From Myxococcota bacterium (GTDB lineage: Bacteria > Myxococcota_A > SURF-8), in assembly GCA_965140415.1 (NCBI GenBank), contig OZ223209.1, positions 3,808,001 to 3,872,000 of the forward strand: a stretch of DNA of 64,000 bases, given 5' to 3'. Below the pieces are notes generated by a model, which saw only the letters and a program-made list of their open reading frames with translations, searched no databases and had not been told where the DNA came from. Position 1 is the stretch's first letter. Every line of letters begins with the position of its first letter. Both the position numbers and the translations under genes were made by a program. Below, piece by piece: positions 16,792 through 26,627 of this stretch.

Positions 16792-16898
16792 TCGCCGAAA
16801 TGACGAGATTTCAAGAAAGCCATGAAAAATCAAAAAGCCACTCGGAAAATGTAGCGAATGGAAAATCATTAGATATTAAGCAGTTATAGCGACCACAT

Positions 16899-16986
16899 AA
16901 AGCACAAAACCCGATACTCGCTTAATGGAGAATCGGGTTCGTGTTTTTAACAATGGTGGAGGGATAAAGGGTCGAACTGCTGACCT
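16899..16986 (-). other. Degenerate tRNA 3'-end-like sequence followed by a terminator-like hairpin (possible eroded att)
   Basis: Minus strand 16986-16954 reads aggtcagcaGTTCGAccctttatccctccaCCA; hairpin AACCCGAT..ATCGGGTT at ~16899-16949. Confidence 0.4.
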
Positions 16987-17115
16987 TTATTGAATTTTCT
17001 AATTTCTTTATAGAAATCTAATGATTTGCGTGAACTTCCCATTCGCATGTAATCACACAACATTATACACATTGCGGGCCCTGGCGGTCATAACACACAA
17101 CCCCTAAGCCCTGTA

Positions 17116-17137
17116 CACGGTCTGCGGGAAGACCATG
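17116..17137. other. Hybrid att site of a serine integrase in comM
   Basis: CACGGTCT-gcggga-AGACCATG inverted repeat (7/8) centred on GG 17126-17127, within the Gly codon of the Walker A GKT. Confidence 0.75.
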
Positions 17138-17998
17138 CTGGCCAGACGCTTGCCCACGATCCTTCCCGATCTGCAATTCGACGAAGCCCTGGACACCACA
17201 AAGGTGTATAGCGTAGCCGGGCTGCTCAAGCATAGCGACAGCCTGATTGTGGAGCGTCCCTTCCGCGCGCCTCATCACACCATCTCCGACGTCGGTCTGA
17301 TCGGCGGCGGCAGCTATCCACGGCCTGGGGAAATCAGCCTGGCGCATAACGGCGTGCTTTTTCTCGATGAGTTGCCCGAATTCAAGAAGAACGTGCTGGA
17401 GGTGCTGCGCCAGCCGCTGGAGGACAGCAGCGTCACGATCACGCGCTCGATGCTGTCGATCACCTACCCGGCTCAGATCATGCTGATGGCGGCCATGAAC
17501 CCCTGTCCCTGCGGCTATCTGGGCGATCCGAAGCATAGCTGTAGCTGCACCATCGGAGACATTCAACGTTACCGGGCGCGGCTCTCCGGGCCGCTGCTGG
17601 ATCGGATCGACTTGCACGTGGAGGTGCCTGCCGTGCGCTACAAGGAACTTTCCGATGTCCGCTCGGGAGAGAGTTCCAAGGTGGTTCGGGCGCGCGTGGA
17701 AGCGGCCAGAGAGGTGCAGCGCAGGCGTTTTAAAAAGCGTAGCAAGGAAAACGGCTCCGGCCCCTTGTGCAATGCGCGCATGACGCCCAGGGAGATGCAG
17801 TCGTATTGCAAGGTCGATGCCGAAGGAGCGCGCCTGTTGGAAATGGTGGTGGACCGCTTGGGCATGAGCGCCCGCGCCTACGACCGCATCTTAAAAGTTG
17901 CTCGCACCATTGCGGATCTGGACGGCAACGAGTCTATTCGCGCCGTGCACCTCTCCGAGGCGATACAATACCGCACGCTGGATCGGGGGGTGAAATGA
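17123..17998 (+). pseudogene. comM: 3' portion of comM (YifB Mg-chelatase-like AAA+ ATPase) interrupted by the island
   Basis: [74 protein letters not shown]-terminal part including GPPG is missing. Confidence 0.93.
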
Positions 17999-18381
17999 GG
18001 CTTCACGAAACACCGTTTCCGCTCGGCAGGCCCCAGCCGCCGTCTCCTCCTTCGCCCACAACCCCCAAACCGATTGCCTGCGGCGGCGGGGATGTGTCGG
18101 GGTAGGACATAAGAGTTCTGATGATGAGCGATTAAAAGCAAGACAACCAACCTTTTGTACAATATCGATTTCTTGTCTAGCTGTTAGCCCCGAAACCAGT
18201 AAACAGCCTTATCCACATACACTCTTCAAAATCTGAGAGAGAGGGGTTGCGGTTTAGTTTGCTGCCTGTTACTCTACAGATTGAAATCGCTGTTTCCACG
18301 TAGACTTACAGCTAGCTGTAGCGTCTATGAATCACGTTATGGCTCTTGGATAATCATCACCCAAACCAACGGAAAAAAATT

Positions 18382-21252
18382 ATGAAACGGAATGCTTTTT
18401 GCCTGCTATTCATCCTTGCCGCATTCGTAACTATACTGAATGGTTGTGAAGACTGCGAATCCGACGACTGTCTTCCCTGCACCGATGGAGACACGGAAAA
18501 CCTTGCAGATGGAGATGATGATATTCCAGACGGCGACAACTTGGATGGGGACGTATCGGATGGGGACGTATCCGATGGAGACGTATCCGATGGAGACATC
18601 ACCATCGATGGCGATATGGATGGTGATGTGGAAACGGAACTGGAACAGGAAGCCGAATACACCATCGATGGCGACACAACCGAAATCGACTCCGAAGAGG
18701 AAAGCGATTGGGAAGATGAAAGCACCGAACAGCCCCTGCTTCCACAGTGTGAGGACATCGACGAAGACGGCTATTTTGCCGGTCCCGATTGCGTTGGAGT
18801 CACCGACTGTAACGACCGAAACAAATTCGTAAATCCGGGGGTCGATGACCTCTGCAACTTCGAAGACGATGACTGCGACGGAAGATACGATGAAGACGGC
18901 ATCGACTGCACGGCTCCCTGCAAACCGAAAATGGATTGCAACCTGTTTTGCTACGGACAGGGTGGTACGAACTGCTGGAACGAATGCCAATCAACCCATG
19001 GCAACGAAGCATGCGATATCTGCTACGACCAAATCGTCAGTTGCGGATATATGCACAACTGTTTCCCTGGTGGGCAATGGGACGAGCAATGCATGAACAC
19101 CTACTGCGCAGAAGCAGTTTCTTCTTGTCTGGGTCCGGACAAGGAAGACGGCATCTGTGGAGAACAATACCTGCCATGTCTGGATACCTGCGCCCAAGAC
19201 GACGAATCCTGCCGCACCGAATGCTATTATTCAGCCAGTTTCGCCTGCCGAAGCTGCATGAACGAATACCAAACCTGTTTATACGATAACGACTGCGTGT
19301 CGAATCAGGGGAGCATTATTTCCGATTGCTTCTACGAACACTGTTTCGAGCCCTACGATTATTGTATTTTAGGGTTTACCGACCCGGTTTGCCAGGATTC
19401 AGATGAAGACGGCTTTGGACTCTACTGTCCTATGGGAGATGACTGCGACGATGGCAACCCCAATGTATATCCGCAGGCAGCGGAAATCTGCAACGGATAC
19501 GACGACGACTGCGACGGTCGCGTAGATGAGAAAACCGGGGAATCCTGTGACATCGAACGGGAATGGGCATTTCTCGTTTACTTTGCGGGTGACAATAATC
19601 TAAGCGACAGCGCCATTACGGAATTGGAAGCCTACGCCGCCATGGGTGGAACGACGGATGATGTTGTTACGGCCATCCAGATCGAACTGTCCGGAAGCTA
19701 CAGCTCCTATCGGCATGTGCTGGATCCGTCGGTTTTCGAACGCACCTGGCGCATGATCGTACCGCGAGATGGCAGCCCGGACTTGAACACCATGTTTTTA
19801 AAAGCACACAGCATCGGAGACGAAAACATCACCGATCCGGAAGCCTTGGCAAACTTTTTGGATTGGGCAACTAGTACGATACGTGCCAAAAACTACGTGT
19901 TGACCCTTTGGGATCACGGCGGAGGATGGACCGGCGCCCTGGTTGACGAGGGAAGCATGGAATTCATGAGTATGCCGCTGATGCGCGAAGGCCTGGAACT
20001 TTCCGGTTTCATTCCAGATGTCCTGCTTTTCTCGGCGTGCGATATGGGTGCTTACGAAGTACTGGTGGAACTGGAAGGTCTGGCGGATTACGTCGTAGGC
20101 AGTCAGGAAGTCAGCTACGGCATTCCGGGCGAAGAAATCCTTGCTCACCTGCATGAAAATCCACAAATGACACCTTCCGAGCTGGCCATCGATGCCGTTG
20201 ACGTTGCCGGTGACTACGCGGCTGAGTATGAAGCCAGCCATACCTGGGCAGCCTGGAATACACAGGGAACCGCAGCGCTGTCGGAAGCCGTACATGCTTT
20301 GGCAGGGATGTTGATTGACAATCTGGAAACCTTGCGCCCCAGATTAAATGAAATCATGCCTGGCGTTCAGAAAATGGCCGTTGCTTCCGTTATCGATCTG
20401 GTTCACTTCTGTCAACAGATGCGGCCAAGTGGAATCACGGCGGTTGATGAGCAACTGGAACTCGTTGAAACCCTGGCTTTGCAATCCGATTTCCTGCTGC
20501 ACACACGAATCGCAACCGGTAATCCGGCCCCGGTATGGAATCCCAGCCTTGAAAACGCATATGGTTTATCCATTCTGCTCCCGACCCCGGTTCACATTAC
20601 GGAACACGAACTGGAAGACTATGCCACGCTGGCCGTCAGTACGGAGGACGGCAACGGCTGGGATGAATTCATCAATTTCTGGCTGGGAGAGGTCGAACTG
20701 GCTCGAACGCAGGGGAATTTCCGCGTCGATCTGACTTGGACAACAGACGAAGGTGATGCAAGCGATGTCGATCTTGATTTGTATCTCTATGAACCGGGAG
20801 CAGGCTTGTTTACTCCCTTCATGGGTGAAACCACGGCCAATGGCAGTATGAGCGTAGACAGTCTCGACTCCGCTCTTGCCGAGGAGTGGTACCTTGCGGG
20901 TAATGAAGTATCTGCCGGAAGTTACTATGTATTCGTTGCCTATCAGCATACGGGGGCATTGAGTCCGACGGCGACAGCAATAGTTGAATTCACCGATCAG
21001 CGCTTTGCAGACAACGACACCACGGTTCAGCGCGACATGCACCTTGGCCGTTTATGCGATTTGTCCGAGAGTATTCTGGGAGCGGATGTCCAGGCCGGAA
21101 GCTGCACGGATTTCTGGCTGGTGGGTAAGCTCGTGCGCGATGACCAGAAACATGGACTTGTTTCCGGCATCTACGACGACTTCCGCCGCGAATCCGGCAA
21201 CACCGACTCCTGGCGCCTGATTCCTGGTTCGTTGATGAGTATTGAAGACTAA
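18382..21252 (+). CDS. Lipoprotein with DGD linker, MopE-like Cys motifs and clostripain (C11) peptidase domain
   Basis: Lipobox LNGC; DCDG..DE motifs; LVYFAGDNNL, LWDHGGGW (His), FSACDMG (Cys), GSQEV. Confidence 0.88.
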   Translation: MKRNAFCLLFILAAFVTILNGCEDCESDDCLPCTDGDTENLADGDDDIPDGDNLDGDVSDGDVSDGDVSDGDITIDGDMDGDVETELEQEAEYTIDGDTTEIDSEEESDWEDESTEQPLLPQCEDIDEDGYFAGPDCVGVTDCNDRNKFVNPGVDDLCNFEDDDCDGRYDEDGIDCTAPCKPKMDCNLFCYGQGGTNCWNECQSTHGNEACDICYDQIVSCGYMHNCFPGGQWDEQCMNTYCAEAVSSCLGPDKEDGICGEQYLPCLDTCAQDDESCRTECYYSASFACRSCMNEYQTCLYDNDCVSNQGSIISDCFYEHCFEPYDYCILGFTDPVCQDSDEDGFGLYCPMGDDCDDGNPNVYPQAAEICNGYDDDCDGRVDEKTGESCDIEREWAFLVYFAGDNNLSDSAITELEAYAAMGGTTDDVVTAIQIELSGSYSSYRHVLDPSVFERTWRMIVPRDGSPDLNTMFLKAHSIGDENITDPEALANFLDWATSTIRAKNYVLTLWDHGGGWTGALVDEGSMEFMSMPLMREGLELSGFIPDVLLFSACDMGAYEVLVELEGLADYVVGSQEVSYGIPGEEILAHLHENPQMTPSELAIDAVDVAGDYAAEYEASHTWAAWNTQGTAALSEAVHALAGMLIDNLETLRPRLNEIMPGVQKMAVASVIDLVHFCQQMRPSGITAVDEQLELVETLALQSDFLLHTRIATGNPAPVWNPSLENAYGLSILLPTPVHITEHELEDYATLAVSTEDGNGWDEFINFWLGEVELARTQGNFRVDLTWTTDEGDASDVDLDLYLYEPGAGLFTPFMGETTANGSMSVDSLDSALAEEWYLAGNEVSAGSYYVFVAYQHTGALSPTATAIVEFTDQRFADNDTTVQRDMHLGRLCDLSESILGADVQAGSCTDFWLVGKLVRDDQKHGLVSGIYDDFRRESGNTDSWRLIPGSLMSIED

Positions 21253-21367
21253 TTGTTATCATCAACGCTCAAGACGTGAAAGTGTGATGGGCGGTTTTCC
21301 TCTTTGTTGTTGCGGTAAAAAGGAACAACCGCTACCCAATTTTTGACGGCAAGCCAGAAAACCAGCA

Positions 21368-21431
21368 GTAGGATGGGCATTTGTCATGCCCATCTTTTCA
21401 GAGTGATGGGCAAAGCAATTGCCCATCCTAC
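21368..21431 (+). repeat. GTAG-type REP doublet (REPIN-like), copy A
   Basis: GTAGGATGGGCAtttgtcaTGCCCATC...GATGGGCAaagcaatTGCCCATCCTAC; near-identical copy at 22719-22782. Confidence 0.8.
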
Positions 21432-21446
21432 CATGCTGTTATTGTC

Positions 21447-22604
21447 CTAGTCCTTCTTTCTCATACATCTTGGTCTTAATGTATCTCCCACTACATCAGA
21501 ATAACTACCAATTCCACCGTTTTCAAAGTTGATGAAGAATTGTGCTTCAAACGTGGGATTGTTGAAACTATGATCTATTGTCGATGACCAGTAAAAATAG
21601 CATGTGCCCTCAAGATTATTGTCCCAGTAGCAACCAGAATCAGGTCCTTCATGGGAATTACAACTTCCATAGCAAGTATCATGATCATTGGTGCATTCAT
21701 CAGGAGTGCAGTCGTTTGTTATTGGACATTCTCCACCTGTGATAGTGGGATTGCACCCTCTTGTGAGTGTTCGCAGTTCATCAATTGTGGGTAAGCGCCA
21801 ATCACTATGATTGTCAAGACGCAAGTCATCGCAGTACCTATTTGCCGGTTTCCACATCATTGTACTTGCTAAAGGAGGGTTTTCCCAAATGATTTTGGTA
21901 TTTGGATCAAGCCAAGTACCTGGGGTAACACCGTTACTTACACAACGGACATACTGTAATTCTGCTTTGTCAGCAGGTCTAACTAATGCCTCTGGGAAAG
22001 ATACACTCCATCGCCCCCAACCAAGTTCAACTACTTGTGATGATGACCAATGATTGCCACACTTGCCTTGCATGTCTTCAGACCAATAGCATCCATCTGC
22101 TGGACCTGATTCATATTCACAACGGTTATAATCTGTGTCCAAACAGGGAGGATCAGCAGACAAGCATTCATCGGTCACCCTGCAGATTCCATCTGTCTCC
22201 GTATAGGGGCAACCCCGGATCAAGCTCCGCAGTTCACTGATCGTTGGCAAACGCCAGTCGCTGTAGCCGTCCAAGCTCAGATTAATGCAGTAATCCTTGG
22301 CATCTTCCCAGTCCATTAAGCTACCGGCAGGCGGGTTCTGCCAGATCAGGTTGCTTTCATCCGCCTCACTGGAATCCCCGTCCGTATCATTGTCTCCATC
22401 TGCCGTGTTGGTATCACCATCCGTAGTGTTGTCCCCATCTGCCGTGTTGGTATCACCATCCGTAGTGTTGTCCCCATCCTCTGTATTGGAATCCCCGTCA
22501 GCGGTATCCCCATCGGCACCGCCATCGCCCTCGTTGCAGGCAGAAAAGGCTACAGTCATGCTCAGGACAAAAATTATCGTAAGGAAAAGGTGCAGGGACT
22601 TCAT
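21447..22604 (-). CDS. Lipoprotein with DGD-repeat linker and two DUF1566 (Lcl) domains
   Basis: Lipobox FSAC; tandem DGD repeats; two W..A..YC..L.LD...DWRLPTI.EL...WSS...RC domains. Confidence 0.88.
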   Translation of the reverse strand: MKSLHLFLTIIFVLSMTVAFSACNEGDGGADGDTADGDSNTEDGDNTTDGDTNTADGDNTTDGDTNTADGDNDTDGDSSEADESNLIWQNPPAGSLMDWEDAKDYCINLSLDGYSDWRLPTISELRSLIRGCPYTETDGICRVTDECLSADPPCLDTDYNRCEYESGPADGCYWSEDMQGKCGNHWSSSQVVELGWGRWSVSFPEALVRPADKAELQYVRCVSNGVTPGTWLDPNTKIIWENPPLASTMMWKPANRYCDDLRLDNHSDWRLPTIDELRTLTRGCNPTITGGECPITNDCTPDECTNDHDTCYGSCNSHEGPDSGCYWDNNLEGTCYFYWSSTIDHSFNNPTFEAQFFINFENGGIGSYSDVVGDTLRPRCMRKKD

Positions 22605-22718
22605 GATATCCTCCACGGGTTCAATCTCGGTTCAATTTCAAATTTGAGTGAAATTACCATTAATGCCGGATTGCAAGCAAAGAAAAACGTTTCCACGAAA
22701 TACCGACAAGGCCAGTCA

Positions 22719-22782
22719 GTAGGATGGGCATTTGTCATGCCCATCTTTTCAGAGTGAGGGGCAAAGCATTTGCCCTACCTCA
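22719..22782 (+). repeat. GTAG-type REP doublet, copy B
   Basis: Direct repeat of 21368-21431 with a degenerate second palindrome. Confidence 0.8.
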
Positions 22783-22982
22783 CTGTCACCTAACCACCTG
22801 ATATCAATAGACATATCTCCCGGATCGACTGCCACTCCGGCGTTAGTTTAAGGTGCCGAAAACATGCCCTAATCCGCAAGAAAAACCTTGTTGCAGCAAT
22901 CCCTATCTAAATCTATTGCAAGTTGTGACGCATTGCGCTATAAAAGAGCGGCATGTTGGTGTGGCGGCACGAGGAGGTATGG

Positions 22983-24284
22983 ATGCAGCCTGACCGGAAG
23001 CGGATGAACGTTCTGTTGTATCTTTCAAGTGGCTCGAACCGGGTAGGGACCGAAGCAAAACTGATCAGCACCGTCGCTGATATTCGAAAGTCATTCGGGG
23101 ATTCTTTAGGTGAAATCACCGTACTGACCAAAAATAAACTCAACCAGAAACGCTCGCTGGACGATCCGACCGTTAAACTGATCGAGATCGGCGCGACAGG
23201 TTTATTGAATCCGCGCATCTGGCTGCGGCGCATCGATGTGGTGTTTCTCGCTTTCGATGCCGCCTGGTGGGAAGCTCGTCGCGAGCGGGAGATGCTGACC
23301 TATCTATCTTTGATCCGCACGGCGGCCCTGCTTCGCAAGCGGGTGGTGGTCTATTCCAGCGATTGCGTGGAACTGGATCGCAATGGGCAGGCGGAGTTGC
23401 GCAATGCGATGAAGCATGTGGATCTGACCCTGATTTCCAATCGCGCCTGTACGCAACGCATCAAGGCCTACGGTGTCCGAAACGAAGTGTACACGACCGC
23501 CGATAACACCCTGCTCTTCCCTGCAACCAGCGATGCAGCTCGCGATCGATTGTTGGATTCCTTGCGACTGGATCCCAGCCGCAACGACATTCTGGTGGTG
23601 ACGCCGCGTGAATTCTTCTGCGTTCAGCATACGCCGGGCTCTCGTAGCGGCTTTCGTCGCTTGCCGATTCTCAGGCGAGATGACAGCGCCTGTCAGGTGG
23701 CGGCGGAAAGCCGGGAGCGCTATATCCGGCAGGTGGCGGCGTATTGCGACAGGATGGTGGCCGAATACGATATGCATGTCGCATTGATTGCCATGGAACC
23801 CTCCGAAGAGCCGATCTGCCTACGGATTCACGAGCAGATGCTCTCTCGTCATCGCGTGCGGCGTTTGAGTTGCACCGACTACACGGTTCGCGATATCGGT
23901 TCGCTGTTATCCGTTGCAAATATGCTGGTGGCTTCGCATTACTATGCGGCATTACTGGCCAGCGCCTACGGCGTGCCGATGCTGGGAATCTGCGGCGAAC
24001 CGAACCTGGAAATGATCATGCGCGAACTGGGTCAGGCCGAGCACGTGTTGGACTACGTCACCCGACCGAACAACACTCCCAATACGTATAAGTTGGACGA
24101 TCAACTCTTTCAGCGTAGCGAGTCGCTGTTACAGCAGGCGGAGTCGATTCGCGACATGATTCTGAAAGCCAACGGAACCTTGCGCAGCCGGGCGGAGAAA
24201 AGCCATCGTTTAGCGCAAACCTGGATTGAACGGACCTTTTTCCAGGGAGAATCGTTCTCCGACGATGCCACGGCAACAGCCTGA
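22983..24284 (+). CDS. Polysaccharide pyruvyl transferase family protein (CsaB/WcaK-like, divergent)
   Basis: N.G.EA, TTAD..L, LVASHYYAALLASAYGVPMLGI pattern typical of the family; GAGGAGG RBS. Confidence 0.7.
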   Translation: MQPDRKRMNVLLYLSSGSNRVGTEAKLISTVADIRKSFGDSLGEITVLTKNKLNQKRSLDDPTVKLIEIGATGLLNPRIWLRRIDVVFLAFDAAWWEARREREMLTYLSLIRTAALLRKRVVVYSSDCVELDRNGQAELRNAMKHVDLTLISNRACTQRIKAYGVRNEVYTTADNTLLFPATSDAARDRLLDSLRLDPSRNDILVVTPREFFCVQHTPGSRSGFRRLPILRRDDSACQVAAESRERYIRQVAAYCDRMVAEYDMHVALIAMEPSEEPICLRIHEQMLSRHRVRRLSCTDYTVRDIGSLLSVANMLVASHYYAALLASAYGVPMLGICGEPNLEMIMRELGQAEHVLDYVTRPNNTPNTYKLDDQLFQRSESLLQQAESIRDMILKANGTLRSRAEKSHRLAQTWIERTFFQGESFSDDATATA

Positions 24285-24474
24285 CGATGAGGCCGGAACG
24301 CTTCTCTTTTCTTTGACTTAGCTGCCACCCTTTGCTATTCTTAGCGCGCTTTGAACGAAGACTAAAGCAACGAACGGAAACAGATGCGAGCCGAATCGAT
24401 TCTTTTCTTTTCGGTTATAGAGTTTAGTGGATTTGCACGATGCGTCTCACTTATTTCATTTTGCGGTGATATTC

Positions 24475-25257
24475 ATGACCACGCCTTCCGGTTCCAATTT
24501 GCAATACATTTTTGGCGGTTTTACGCACGTCGGGATGCGTCGGGATCATAACGAGGATGCCTTCAGCATCGAGTCGGATATGAAACTGGCAATCGTTGCC
24601 GACGGTATGGGCGGGCACAATTCCGGCGAAATCGCCAGCAAAATGACAACGGAGACCATTAACAATTTCTTTACCGCCACCGATTCCGACGACGAAATCA
24701 CCTGGCCTTACCGTTATGACAAGCGCTTGAGCGAGGCGGAGAACCGGTTGAAAGTCGCCATTCGATTGGCGAACAGCCGTGTTTGGGAAACCTCGCGCAG
24801 AAACGATCTCTATCATGGCATGGGAACCACGGTGGTTGCGATCTACTGCCGGGACGGCATGGTGTACATTGCCAATGTCGGCGACAGCCGCTGCTATTTG
24901 TTGCGCGACGGCGACTTCCGGCAGGTTTCCGAAGACCACAGCCTGTTAAACGATTACCTCCGAAACAACCAGTTGACCCCCGATCAGGTGCAGAATTTCC
25001 CGCACAAAAATGTGATCATGCGCGCACTGGGAATCAAGGAGTTCGTTGAAGTCGATCTGTTCAAGGAAACGCCCCGGCGCGGCGACGTCTACCTGCTTTG
25101 CTCGGATGGCTTAAGCGACATGGTGGACGACGAACAGATCGGAGATATCCTGTTAACGACACCGGATGTAAAAATGGCCGCGAAACTGTTGGTGCGAGAA
25201 GCCAATCAGCGCGGCGGAAACGACAACATAACCGCCGTGCTCTTGCAAGTGAAATAA
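24475..25257 (+). CDS. PP2C-family Ser/Thr protein phosphatase (Stp1/PrpC-like)
   Basis: G..R..NEDA, VADGMGGH, GMGTT, NVGDSRCY, LLCSDGL, GGNDNIT. Confidence 0.95.
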   Translation: MTTPSGSNLQYIFGGFTHVGMRRDHNEDAFSIESDMKLAIVADGMGGHNSGEIASKMTTETINNFFTATDSDDEITWPYRYDKRLSEAENRLKVAIRLANSRVWETSRRNDLYHGMGTTVVAIYCRDGMVYIANVGDSRCYLLRDGDFRQVSEDHSLLNDYLRNNQLTPDQVQNFPHKNVIMRALGIKEFVEVDLFKETPRRGDVYLLCSDGLSDMVDDEQIGDILLTTPDVKMAAKLLVREANQRGGNDNITAVLLQVK

Positions 25258-25339
25258 GCACGGATTCTATTTGACAATCTACCGTTTGGACTTCCCGCGC
25301 TTATGTTAAAGCGTCGGGATGCACTCTAAGGAGACGACC

Positions 25340-26605
25340 ATGACGATGACCAATCGAAGCTGGCTGCCGCCCTACTGCAACCCCGATGCCTATCTGCCCA
25401 AGATTCAGGAAACCCGATCCCTGTTCAAGTATCGACCCTATCTTTTTGCGGACTTCGCCGGTCGCGCCCTGGCGTTTCTGCGCAGCGACACCGCGCAGAA
25501 AATGGGTTTCGAGTACGACGAACCCAACACGCTACCCTGTAAGTGGAAATGCGCCGACGAATCCGTGTTCGGCGTGGATCTGGCGATCTATGCCTATACC
25601 GGCGTCTATCCCTTCGACAAAGGCGCAATCGGCGGCTATTTCAACCAGGGGTCGTTAGGCGCGGCGGTGCATCACGGTCGCATCAATATCGATTTCGGCG
25701 GTTCGCATGTCGGCTACCTGCCGGACGAGCACGACGGTACCTTCGGCGAAATCTGGCGACCGTTGCAGAAGGATTATTCAACCGACTGCGGCCACCTGTG
25801 CGCGGTCATGGCTCCTTTCATGCAGATGTACAGCGATGCCTGCGAGAATATTCTGATCGTAAAGAAAACCGGCGATCAGGCGCTGTTGTCCATACCCAAC
25901 GAATTCATTCAGCCCAACTGGAACAACTCGCCCATCAAGTTCCTTGTCGACACCGAAACACTGACAATGGGTGATGTGCCCTACCGCGAAGAACATTCCT
26001 ACACGCATACGCCGATCGGCAGAACCTTGTTTTATCTGCATCCGAGTTTCTTGGATTCCGTTCCGGAAGAGGCGGCGCGAGAATTCCTTTCCGGAAAGCA
26101 GGTACCTATTGGAAAACACCTGCATCATCGTTATTTCAACATTTACGATGCAGCAGCAGAACTGGACGCCAACGGCGTTCCCGTGCAGAAATTGAATCTG
26201 TACATGAAATACATCCTCGCCGCCAAGCATTCTCCCTATCAACTCAAAGCAGCCATCGTCAATACCAGTTTGGAATACAACCGCCTAACCGATGCCGTGC
26301 GCACCAAGGAATTCCAACCGTACAGCTTCGCCAGTTTCACCGGCGTATTCATCGACATGTTCGATGAGATGCGCAACAACTATGTAAACCTGTTCCAACC
26401 GCTGGGATTGAGTATCAAACCGGCAGGCGTGACCCACGATGTCGAATTGACGCCGGAAGAGATCCACACCCTGTTCAAGGACATCCAACCGATAGAACCG
26501 GTGGCGCTACAGGAATACATCGCCTCCTATGGTAACCCGGAAGCGACAAGTTCGCGCTTCGTCTACCGACCGAAGAAATTCAAAAGCAAGCCGGATCAAA
26601 CCTGA
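25340..26605 (+). CDS. Hypothetical protein with LCIB-like beta-carbonic anhydrase motifs
   Basis: NTL...CADES, GVYPF..G, GSHVG...G.FG.I.RP, STDCG match the order of the Cys/His/Cys Zn ligands of the LCIB family. Confidence 0.55.
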   Translation: MTMTNRSWLPPYCNPDAYLPKIQETRSLFKYRPYLFADFAGRALAFLRSDTAQKMGFEYDEPNTLPCKWKCADESVFGVDLAIYAYTGVYPFDKGAIGGYFNQGSLGAAVHHGRINIDFGGSHVGYLPDEHDGTFGEIWRPLQKDYSTDCGHLCAVMAPFMQMYSDACENILIVKKTGDQALLSIPNEFIQPNWNNSPIKFLVDTETLTMGDVPYREEHSYTHTPIGRTLFYLHPSFLDSVPEEAAREFLSGKQVPIGKHLHHRYFNIYDAAAELDANGVPVQKLNLYMKYILAAKHSPYQLKAAIVNTSLEYNRLTDAVRTKEFQPYSFASFTGVFIDMFDEMRNNYVNLFQPLGLSIKPAGVTHDVELTPEEIHTLFKDIQPIEPVALQEYIASYGNPEATSSRFVYRPKKFKSKPDQT

Positions 26606-26627
26606 TCGGTTTCTTTTTTTAGAACGC

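Larger units (their letters stand above)
1..17126. mobile_element. Composite genomic island integrated in comM (left end outside window)
   Basis: Ends exactly inside the comM Walker A codons at a symmetric att-like site; contains several recombinases, IS3 remnants and accessory cargo; much of it is visibly more AT-rich than the flanking host genes. Confidence 0.75.

Noticed and set aside
16954-16986. Functional tRNA gene
   Set aside because: Only a degenerate T-loop/CCA end; no D or anticodon arm
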